The notes beneath the pieces are model-generated. The model had not been told where the DNA came from. It searched no databases and saw nothing but the letters and a program-made list of their open reading frames with translations. Both the position numbers and the translations under genes were made by a program. Positions 1-6,664 of a stretch of 10,408 nt of DNA are shown piece by piece (positions within the stretch are counted from its first letter, which is position 1; the number at the start of each line of letters is the position of its first letter). Origin of the DNA: Oligoflexia bacterium (GTDB taxonomy: Bacteria; Bdellovibrionota; UBA1018); assembly GCA_043732485.1 (NCBI GenBank), contig JAYTHP010000183.1, forward strand, positions 1 through 10,408. Direction: 5' to 3'.

Positions 1-2
1 CC

Positions 3-1199
3 AGGGTGCCCCAGACGGCAGGCGGAATTGAGTTTCATGACTTGATTCGTGGTCTCATCCACGTTCCGCATACTGAAATCGATGATTTCGTGCTGATTCG
101 CTCAAGCGGCGTGCCCACCTATAATCTCTCGGTGGTGGTTGACGACGCGGGCTCGCAGATTTCTCATGTGTTGCGCGGCGATGATCACATTAACAACACG
201 CCCAAGCAGATTCTTTTGTACCAATTCCTAGGTCAGCCCTTGCCGCAATTTGGTCATTTTCCAATGATTCTCGGACCTGACAAGAAGAAGCTCTCCAAGC
301 GCCACGGGGCGGTCTCAGCGATGGCTTATCGCCAGGAAGGTTATTTGCCTGAGGCGCTGTTAAATTTTCTGGTGCGCTTGGGCTGGAGCCATGGCGATCA
401 GGAGATTTTTACGAGCGAGGAGATGATTCGTTTTTTTGAGCTGAGCCACGTGCAGGCGAGCTCTGGGGTCTTTAATAGTGAGAAGCTTTTGTGGCTAAAC
501 GGCGCACACTTGCGGCAGGTGGCGCCGCAGCGGTTGATTGAGATCTTGCTCAAGGACTTTCAAGACCGACTGACTGCCAGTCAGATTTTACGGTTAAAAA
601 CCACCCGGGGTCTTGCCTGGATCGAGTTGATTCAGCAAAAAGTGCGCCTGATTCAGGAGATCCCGCCGTTACTAGCGGAGTTGTGGGAGGAGATCGTCGC
701 GGAGACAGGGAGTCTTGAGCACCTTACCGGCCAGAGTGCAAGCCAGATAACCCCTGACTTGAGCCCGTCTTGGAACCAGGAAACGCTTGTAGCCCTGAAA
801 TGCATGAAGGCCCCTGAGCTAGTGGCCAAGACCCAGGGGGCTTTTACGGCTTTGCTCGGGGGACTTGCAGCTAAGGGTGTTGCGCAAGGAGGCCTGGAAG
901 GCACAGGCGCAGAAGTGGCGCAAGCCTGGGGCGGCGCGCCTTGTTTGCGGGAGCTGGGTTGGACGGGCGCCGAGATTGATGGCTTACTCAAGCAGGTGGG
1001 CGAAGCAGCTCCGCTTAAGATGGGCGAATGGATGCCAGTAGTGCGCTTTGCGTTAACCGGGCAGTTGTCAGGCTTGCACTTAGCCGATTTGCTGGCGCTT
1101 TTGCCGTGGCAGCGGGTAAAGGCGAGCTTAGCGCTTTTTCAGGCGTCGAAGCTTTTAACCGCACAGTCTCCTCTTTCGTCCTCTCGGCCTGAAGCCTGA
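3..1199 (+). CDS. gltX: Glutamate--tRNA ligase, 5'-truncated by the window edge
   Basis: GluRS motifs [44 protein letters not shown]-equivalent [36 protein letters not shown] and C-terminal VRFALTG. The HIGH motif lies upstream, so the GTG at 6 is internal rather than the start. Confidence 0.97.
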   Translation, partial: RVPQTAGGIEFHDLIRGLIHVPHTEIDDFVLIRSSGVPTYNLSVVVDDAGSQISHVLRGDDHINNTPKQILLYQFLGQPLPQFGHFPMILGPDKKKLSKRHGAVSAMAYRQEGYLPEALLNFLVRLGWSHGDQEIFTSEEMIRFFELSHVQASSGVFNSEKLLWLNGAHLRQVAPQRLIEILLKDFQDRLTASQILRLKTTRGLAWIELIQQKVRLIQEIPPLLAELWEEIVAETGSLEHLTGQSASQITPDLSPSWNQETLVALKCMKAPELVAKTQGAFTALLGGLAAKGVAQGGLEGTGAEVAQAWGGAPCLRELGWTGAEIDGLLKQVGEAAPLKMGEWMPVVRFALTGQLSGLHLADLLALLPWQRVKASLALFQASKLLTAQSPLSSSRPEA

Positions 1200-1413
1200 A
1201 GCTTGTGAGGCGTCCCTCACTCAAAAAAAGTTAAACTTAAAAACTTGGCTAGCGCCATTTGCAGCAAGCTTCGGCGTTGGGTCTTTCTGGAGTCTCGGTT
1301 GTTGACCTAGTGCTGTTAGGAGAATTTTTTTTGGTGTTCGTTGCTGTTTCTCAGTCAAGGCTCTTGAGCTTTTTTTCTTTTCCGCTTCTTTTGGCAAAAA
1401 GTTTCTTTTCTCG

Positions 1414-1444
1414 CTCAATTGACCACTATGAGTGGTCAATTGAG
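1414..1444. promoter_or_regulatory. Perfect 14-bp inverted repeat with 3-nt spacer (the ATG); putative AbiEi autoregulatory operator
   Basis: CTCAATTGACCACT (1414-1427) - ATG - AGTGGTCAATTGAG (1431-1444). It extends imperfectly to 1401-1427 / 1431-1457 (22/27 matches). AbiEi antitoxins are known to autorepress through promoter inverted repeats. Confidence 0.75.
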
Positions 1445-2172
1445 AACCAAAATAAACCCATTACTGAGGGTTTGGCCTCGAGGCACAGTTGCTGTGATGC
1501 CCTGGCTTGAAGAACAGGGGGGTTTATTGGCAGCTGGCCGCCCGTTATGAAAAGCATGGCTGGCTGGAACGAGTGGGCCAAGGGGCTTTTATGAGAGGGG
1601 GAGAGCAAGTGGGATGGGAGGGAGGCTTGTATGCGGTTCAACCTCAGCTCAAGAGAGTCATCCACATGGCTGGCAAGACCGCCTTTGCAGTTCATGGCCA
1701 CGCCTATTTTGTTGCTGCGAGAGCCGGAGGGCCTGTTTTTCTTTTTGGGCAAGCGGCGCCTCCGGTTCTGCGACCCTGGGGCTGATGCAGCACTCTTTTG
1801 GTGAGATTGATTGGCAGAGCTCAACGAGCGAAAGGACCGTTTTCGAGTTGCTCTACTTGCTCCCGGCGAATCAATCTTACCAGGAGGCCACGCTGACTTT
1901 TTGGGCCTACGGACACTGTGCCCTAAGATGCTACAGCCTCTTTTGCAGTGGTGTCAAATCTTTCAGGTCAAGCGACTGTGCTTGCATTGAGCAGAAATCA
2001 CTGAGATTAATGCTCAGCCCTGGCTGTCTGAGCTGAAGCTTGAGCGCATCAATCTGGGCCAAGGGAGAAAAGTGATGGGGGAAGGTGTTTGGGGGTTTGT
2101 TGTGAAAAAAGCCAGATCTCTGTCCCCTTGATTCATGAGGGGTGTTCAAAGAAAATGGCGGAAGAGGTATGA
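1428..2172 (+). pseudogene. Type IV toxin-antitoxin antitoxin (AbiEi_3-like), degraded
   Basis: Pieces in successive frames reconstruct an AbiEi_3-like protein: MSGQLRTKINPLLRVWPRGTVAVMPWLEEQG / VYWQLAARYEKHGWLERVGQGAFMRGGEQVGWEGGLYAVQPQLKRVIHMAGKTA / STSERTVFELLYLLPANQSYQEA / GLRTLCPKMLQPLLQWCQIFQVKRLCLH*AE...PWLSELKLERINLGQGRKV / KSQISVP. Frameshifts at G6 1517-1522, about 1775, T5 1898-1902 and about 2095-2110; in-frame TGA at 1988-1990. Family recognised from memory, not by search. Confidence 0.85.
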
Positions 2173-2324
2173 GAAGTATTGTGAGGAGGTGAAATGCAGC
2201 AGTTTTGGGCCATCAAAGTCGGGGAAGGGTGTTCGGTGTCAAAGCCCCAGCGAGAACAACCAGGAGCGCCTTGGAGGTCAATTGGGTGGGAGGCTTACCT
2301 CAGCCTCGCTGAGGGCCGTGGGTC

Positions 2325-2353
2325 TTGATTTTTCACGCGCGCTCTGCTAGATT
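2325..2353 (+). promoter_or_regulatory. Sigma70-type promoter of the nfu gene, predicting a leaderless transcript
   Basis: TTGATT (2325-2330) - 17 nt - TAGATT (2348-2353) with extended -10 TG at 2345-2346. ATG at 2360; no Shine-Dalgarno. Confidence 0.65.
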
Positions 2354-2359
2354 CACCGC

Positions 2360-2941
2360 ATGAATGACCAAATCTCTGTCAGTCTCGAGTTTACTCCTAA
2401 TCCTAATACCCTGAAATACTCCGTCAACCAGCAGCTATTGGCAAAAGGGGCGATGAATTATCTCTCTTTAGCAGAAGCTGAGCAATCTTCACCCCTTGCA
2501 ACTGTGTTGTTTAAGGTTGAAGGCATTTCTGGCGTGATGATTGGTAAAGATTTCATCACCGTGACCAAAACCGAAGGGGGCGATTGGGACGCGGTTCATC
2601 AGTCTTGTATGTCCCTCATTGAGGGGCATTTAGGCGCTGAAAAGGCGGTTTTCAGTGGGATGGGGGCTGAAGGAGCCGCAGCCGGCACTCAGTCTGGGCA
2701 CAAGGGCGGCGATTCGGTCATTGAGAACAAGATTCGTGAGATTTTAGATAACGAAATCCGTCCTGCCGTGGCGATGGATGGGGGTGACATTACCTTTGAA
2801 AAGTTCGAAGAGGGCATCGTTTATCTTTACTTGCAAGGCGCCTGTAGTGGCTGCCCGAGTTCCACGGCTACCCTAAAAAGTGGCATTGAAGGCCGCTTGC
2901 GAGCAGCCATTCCTGAGGTGATCGAAGTCGTCTCAGTCTAG
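2360..2941 (+). CDS. NifU/Nfu-family Fe-S cluster carrier (Nfu_N + NifU_C domains)
   Basis: N-terminal EFTPNPNTLK...SPLATVLFKVEGISGVMIGKDFITVTK...W (Nfu_N); C-terminal IRPAVAMDGGDI...LQGACSGCPSSTATLKSGIE with CxxC (NifU_C). Confidence 0.95.
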   Translation: MNDQISVSLEFTPNPNTLKYSVNQQLLAKGAMNYLSLAEAEQSSPLATVLFKVEGISGVMIGKDFITVTKTEGGDWDAVHQSCMSLIEGHLGAEKAVFSGMGAEGAAAGTQSGHKGGDSVIENKIREILDNEIRPAVAMDGGDITFEKFEEGIVYLYLQGACSGCPSSTATLKSGIEGRLRAAIPEVIEVVSV

Positions 2942-3085
2942 CTCTGAAGTAGGGGAAGAGGGAGAGGGGTTTCCGGTTGTAGGGGAGAGTCTGTGAAGAC
3001 TTCGCGCCTGAGAGAACCCATGGGCTTTTAAGCTTTCCCTAAGCGGGAGGCTTCGGGGTTTCATGCTTAAGAAAAGGCGCGCGTG

Positions 3086-3289
3086 TTAGGGCTGTCGCTC
3101 GGGTTGTTGATCAGTGAGTTTGGCGCAGCTTTGACACAAGTGCACTTCCATCGCGCTCCAGCGGTACCAGTCTCCTTCTTTTAAGGCGAAGGCTTTCCGG
3201 CACTGAAAACAACGAAACTGCCCTTTGGGGGGTTTAGCGAAGATGGGCTTGGGGGTAAGGTCCTTAAAAGGAGGCTCGTTGGAACTCAA
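3086..3289 (-). CDS. 67-aa hypothetical protein, putative C4 zinc finger/ribbon
   Basis: CFQC and CQSC pairs. Strong SD AGGAGGT (3304-3298) 8 nt before the TTG start. Lies 62 bp downstream of infA on the same strand. Confidence 0.75.
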   Translation of the reverse strand: MSSNEPPFKDLTPKPIFAKPPKGQFRCFQCRKAFALKEGDWYRWSAMEVHLCQSCAKLTDQQPERQP

Positions 3290-3351
3290 ATGAAAACACC
3301 TCCTGATGAAAACATAAAAAGACGAAAACGTACAAAAACGAAAAAGCGCTC

Positions 3352-3573
3352 TTAGACTTTTTTGCGGTGCGTGATCAAACCATGCGTGGGATCATAAGGA
3401 GAAAGCCCAACTGTGACTTTATCTCCGACTAAAACCTTGATTTTGAACTTCTTCATGCGGCCTGACAGGCGGGCTGTGATCTTCAATCCATTTTCAAGTT
3501 GAATCGTATAATTGCCTCCACCTGTCGTATCGGAGACTTCGCCGTCAAGGCGGATGAGATCTTCTTTGGACAT
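3352..3573 (-). CDS. infA: Translation initiation factor IF-1
   Basis: 73 aa: MSKEDLIRLDGEV...LENG...ARLSGRMKKFKIKVLVGDKVTVGLSPYDPTHGLITHR. SD AAGGAG upstream of ATG. Confidence 0.97.
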   Translation of the reverse strand: MSKEDLIRLDGEVSDTTGGGNYTIQLENGLKITARLSGRMKKFKIKVLVGDKVTVGLSPYDPTHGLITHRKKV

Positions 3574-3604
3574 TCTGTATACTCTCCTTTTGTAAGAGTC
3601 TCTC

Positions 3605-3632
3605 AGAATATCATTTCTTCATGCCCTTGCAA
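3605..3632 (-). promoter_or_regulatory. Putative sigma70 promoter of infA
   Basis: Minus strand TTGCAA (3632-3627) - 16 nt - TATTCT (3610-3605) with extended -10 TG, about 30 nt upstream of the start codon. Confidence 0.5.
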
Positions 3633-3721
3633 AGGACAATCTGAGTTATTTTCTGCTTACAAATCTCGCAGTTGTCAGAGGTCTGTGGCTGATGAGGAGC
3701 TGGCCCTGGGTGAAGAAATTC

Positions 3722-3732
3722 GGGGGGGGGGG
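3722..3732. repeat. G11 homopolymer tract, intergenic
   Basis: Eleven consecutive G between the kinase stop codon and the infA promoter region. Confidence 0.9.
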
Positions 3733-3753
3733 TGACTGGCAACCGCAGGGCTA

Positions 3754-5694
3754 CTAACGAACGAGCTCTTCAAATTCAAAGAGCGCTTCTTGCGCCGTCG
3801 GTCTAAAGCCTGGAAGCGGGTCAATCATGCGCAGCAGCAGGCGATCAATGCAGGCGTCTTGGGAGTCACTCCAGCGTTTGTTTTGCAATTCGGTTTGATA
3901 GTTGCGAGCGATGGCCAGATTATGACTTAGGAAGTCAGGATCTTTTCTGGGCACGGTGAAGGCGATCTGGGTGTGACGAAAGAGGGTCAGGAGGGTCAAC
4001 CCCATGGCAAAAATGTCAATTTTGGGATCGCTATTGGCTTTCAAGAGGCAAAGGGGGGCGTTCCCTAAGTCAGAGGCTTCTAAGAGCGCTTCGAGGTATT
4101 CTGGACTCATGAAGCCTGGAGTGCCAGCCGTGACGCCCCCGCATTTTGCGAGATAGGCCAGTTTTTCGTTTACAGTAGAGCGACGCTGTAAGCCGCGGGC
4201 CGGGATGGCGAGACCAAAATCGGTGAGGGTTGGGGTGAACTCGCTGCTCAGTAGGATATTTTGCGGCTTGATGTCGCGGTGGATGATGTTTAAGGCATGG
4301 AGGTGATTGAGCTGAGTGAGCAGCTGGGCGATGATTCTGAGGGTTTGATCGTGGCTGAGGGTTTTTTGTTGGTCGTGCAGTTGCTGGGAAAGCAGTTGCA
4401 GTGTCATGGGTTGTAAAAGCGTGCTTAAAACGAGCCGATTTTTGAGTCGTGGCATCCCGCCCCCGTTGTTACTGTCGTTGGAAGAGTCTTCTGGCGTATG
4501 AAAAAAAGACATGCGTGCTTTCCGCGCAGCGATGTTGGTGCGGTGCTTACTGCTGTAAAGGGTGAGGTGGTAGGTCTTGAGGGGATTGAATTTTCTTTCG
4601 ATTTTCAGTTCTTGCTGGATTTTTGGCAGCTCCTGGAGCAGCTTGTCGTCGACGACCTTAAATTTCAGACGCACCATCATGGCGCGCGTGTCAAAGTCAT
4701 AGGCTAGGGCCGCTTTTTTGTAACTTCCTTGCGAGAAGTAGCCTAAATGCCCATGCTGGGCGCCGACTTGTTGATTGAGGACTAAGGATTTTAGGTGCAC
4801 GATGATTTGCTGTGAGTCGCGATCGATTTGTAGCGGAAGGGGCAGCCAGCTTCTCGTTTGTTGCACCATCTGGGCACCCGCATGAAGGTAGCAAGCTCCC
4901 CGTTGCTCACAACGCTCAATCAGTTCGCGCCGGTTACGCCCAATAAATTGCTCCACCCGCGCTAGGCTTCGGAGCAGTGATGGTTTCGAGCAAGGCGGAT
5001 GTTCCAGGTAATGGTGATCGATCTCCTGCAAGATCCTGGCGGCTAAAGGCTCAAGCGCCCGGCCTGCGATGATTTTGGTGAGGCTATCGGAGAGCCTCAG
5101 GCCGCGCTTAAAGATAATCGAGCCTTTCGCCTGGTTTTGGGTGTTCAGAGGGCTTGCGTCATCACAGGCCAGAGGGGGGGTGGCGCGCGGGTCGCTGGAT
5201 TGGCCCAGAAAACACTGCGGGATCATCGGGCTTGATTTCCGGCAGGGCTGTAATTGGCTTAAGCCTTGAAAGAGTGAGCTATGAATTTTTTTGAGCAGAT
5301 TCATCCCCGGATCAAAGGGCTTGGTTTTACCGCAGTCTGCTACGAGCAATTTTTCCTCTGGAACGGCTTCAGGATGCTGCTGAGGCAAGGCTTTGGCGGT
5401 TTGCGGTGAAACGGTTTTCACTGAGGGTGAGGGACTGGGCTCGGAAGGGCCAAGATTTTTTTTAAAAATATTAGGAAACCCAAAAAAACCGGGGGCAGCG
5501 GCTCGATAGGAAAGCGAGTCGCTGAAGGATTGGGCTGGGCCAGGGTGGGCAGGCAGGGCAGCTGATGAAGGGGCGGAGAGTGGGGTGGGTGTCAGGGAAT
5601 CAGCGCTTGCGCGCTGCTGCCCCTCTGCATCGAACAAGAGCAGACCAAAAGCCATAGAAACGTCAAGCGTATGACAACGGAATTTTAAGCGCAT
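3754..5694 (-). CDS. Hanks-type Ser/Thr protein kinase with long N-terminal extension (about 646 aa)
   Basis: Atypical Gly-loop FSQGSYKKA, catalytic loop IIHRDIKPQNILL, DFG, GTPGFMSPE, DIFAMG and subdomain XI RPTAQEAL. I moved the start from TTG 5715 to ATG 5694 because the TTG lies inside the predicted sigma28 promoter. Confidence 0.92.
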   Translation of the reverse strand: MRLKFRCHTLDVSMAFGLLLFDAEGQQRASADSLTPTPLSAPSSAALPAHPGPAQSFSDSLSYRAAAPGFFGFPNIFKKNLGPSEPSPSPSVKTVSPQTAKALPQQHPEAVPEEKLLVADCGKTKPFDPGMNLLKKIHSSLFQGLSQLQPCRKSSPMIPQCFLGQSSDPRATPPLACDDASPLNTQNQAKGSIIFKRGLRLSDSLTKIIAGRALEPLAARILQEIDHHYLEHPPCSKPSLLRSLARVEQFIGRNRRELIERCEQRGACYLHAGAQMVQQTRSWLPLPLQIDRDSQQIIVHLKSLVLNQQVGAQHGHLGYFSQGSYKKAALAYDFDTRAMMVRLKFKVVDDKLLQELPKIQQELKIERKFNPLKTYHLTLYSSKHRTNIAARKARMSFFHTPEDSSNDSNNGGGMPRLKNRLVLSTLLQPMTLQLLSQQLHDQQKTLSHDQTLRIIAQLLTQLNHLHALNIIHRDIKPQNILLSSEFTPTLTDFGLAIPARGLQRRSTVNEKLAYLAKCGGVTAGTPGFMSPEYLEALLEASDLGNAPLCLLKANSDPKIDIFAMGLTLLTLFRHTQIAFTVPRKDPDFLSHNLAIARNYQTELQNKRWSDSQDACIDRLLLRMIDPLPGFRPTAQEALFEFEELVR

Positions 5695-5703
5695 AGCCTG
5701 AAA

Positions 5704-5731
5704 GTATCGGCTCAAGGGCCTGGAAGCTTTA
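5704..5731 (-). promoter_or_regulatory. Sigma28 (FliA/SigD)-type promoter of the kinase gene
   Basis: Minus strand TAAAGCTT (5731-5724) - 12 nt - GCCGATAC (5711-5704). Each box matches 7/8 of the consensus TAAAGTTT-N11-GCCGATAA. Confidence 0.7.
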
Positions 5732-5885
5732 ATCTAAAAAAAATATTAAAATTAACGGTTTGATACCGATAAGGTGGGTCAATCCTGAGCTGCGGTCATG
5801 GTAGGCGCGGGTTGTTGTCAGCCTAAATTAGGTTTAAAATGGCGAAAAGCGGGTTTTGAGGCAAGACAAAGCGGGGCCAGGCGCG

Positions 5886-6380
5886 TCACTCGCGGACTAA
5901 ATTGCGATTCCAGGCCGGTATCTCCACCACCAGGGAAGCTTCACCGCTTGGTACGCATTGGCACGCTAAGCGGGATTGCGCGCTTAAGGCAGGAGCCTTC
6001 TCGAGCTGATCTTCTTCTTCCTCCGTACTTGCATTGCAGCTTGCCAAGCCAGATAAAACCTTCACGTGGCAAGTGGAACACGCGCAAACGCCCCCGCAGG
6101 CATGATCAATATCAATGCCATGAGCGAGTGCTAGCGCCAGCAGGCTGCCAGGCAGACCCGCAAGCGGCGGATGGCTGAGATCAGCGGGACTAATCGATAA
6201 GGTAATGGTTTTTACGTCTGCTGCGCCTTTAAGCGGCTTGTCGGCTGAGTTTTGGTTACCTACCGAGGTTCCTTCAGCGCCAAGCAGGATGTTTTCTGCG
6301 CGAGTTTGGAAGCTCACGGTGAAACTTTTTTTGGCTTGTGTCAGGGGAGTGACGGGTAAGTAAGGATTAATGCCGCCCAT
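5886..6380 (-). CDS. fdx: 2Fe-2S ferredoxin, ISC/adrenodoxin type (about 164 aa)
   Basis: DHACGGVCACSTCHV...EEEDQLEKA...SRLACQC...EIPAWNRN. Start placed at MGGINPY (ATG 6380), an N-terminus I recognise from this subfamily; the upstream part of the 268-aa ORF looks non-homologous. Confidence 0.92.
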   Translation of the reverse strand: MGGINPYLPVTPLTQAKKSFTVSFQTRAENILLGAEGTSVGNQNSADKPLKGAADVKTITLSISPADLSHPPLAGLPGSLLALALAHGIDIDHACGGVCACSTCHVKVLSGLASCNASTEEEEDQLEKAPALSAQSRLACQCVPSGEASLVVEIPAWNRNLVRE

Positions 6381-6664
6381 AGACCTGATTGCTAACATAA
6401 ATCGCAAGGTTAAGGCCAGGGATTTAAGTGCCAGGCAGTTTTTGTGAGTCCTCACGGCGCGAGGTGGGTCCCGCCTTGTAGTTTCAAAAGCGGTGACCTC
6501 GCTAAAGGGGGGGGTAAGGTGTCTAAAACGCGTTGCAAGGTGGTTGTGGGGGGAGTGGGGTAGTGGTGGCGATGACGGCGGGTGGGGCATTGGTTTGCCT
6601 GACCGTCTATCACTAGTTGCGAAAATTGCTCTTGAGTGCGTTAAAAAAACACTATGATTCTCTT

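Noticed and set aside
653..1224. Minus-strand ORFs 653-991 and 1015-1224
   Set aside because: Antisense shadows of gltX with no recognisable motifs.
1205..1229. Hairpin GTGAGG-cgtc-CCTCAC right after the gltX stop as an intrinsic terminator
   Set aside because: It is followed by an A-run on +, and on - the T-run precedes the stem, so there is no 3' U-tract in either direction.
1221..2350. ORF-track ORFs 1221-1439, 1259-1510, 1426-1824, 1507-1785, 1614-2036, 1931-2149 and 2135-2350 as independent genes
   Set aside because: They are fragments or shadows of the AbiEi pseudogene, or T-rich spacer sequence, with no SDs or independent motifs.
3003..3082. Nested imperfect stems between convergent nfu and the microprotein (GCGCCT/AGGCGC, TTAAGC/GCTTAA, AAGCTTTCCC/GGGAGGCTT)
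   Set aside because: Short and imperfect with no clear U-tract; may assist termination but cannot be called.
3499..6178. Small ORFs 3499-3735, 4498-4707, 4697-4894, 5069-5269 and 5798-6178
   Set aside because: They overlap infA, the kinase or fdx in other frames or strands and have no protein-like features.
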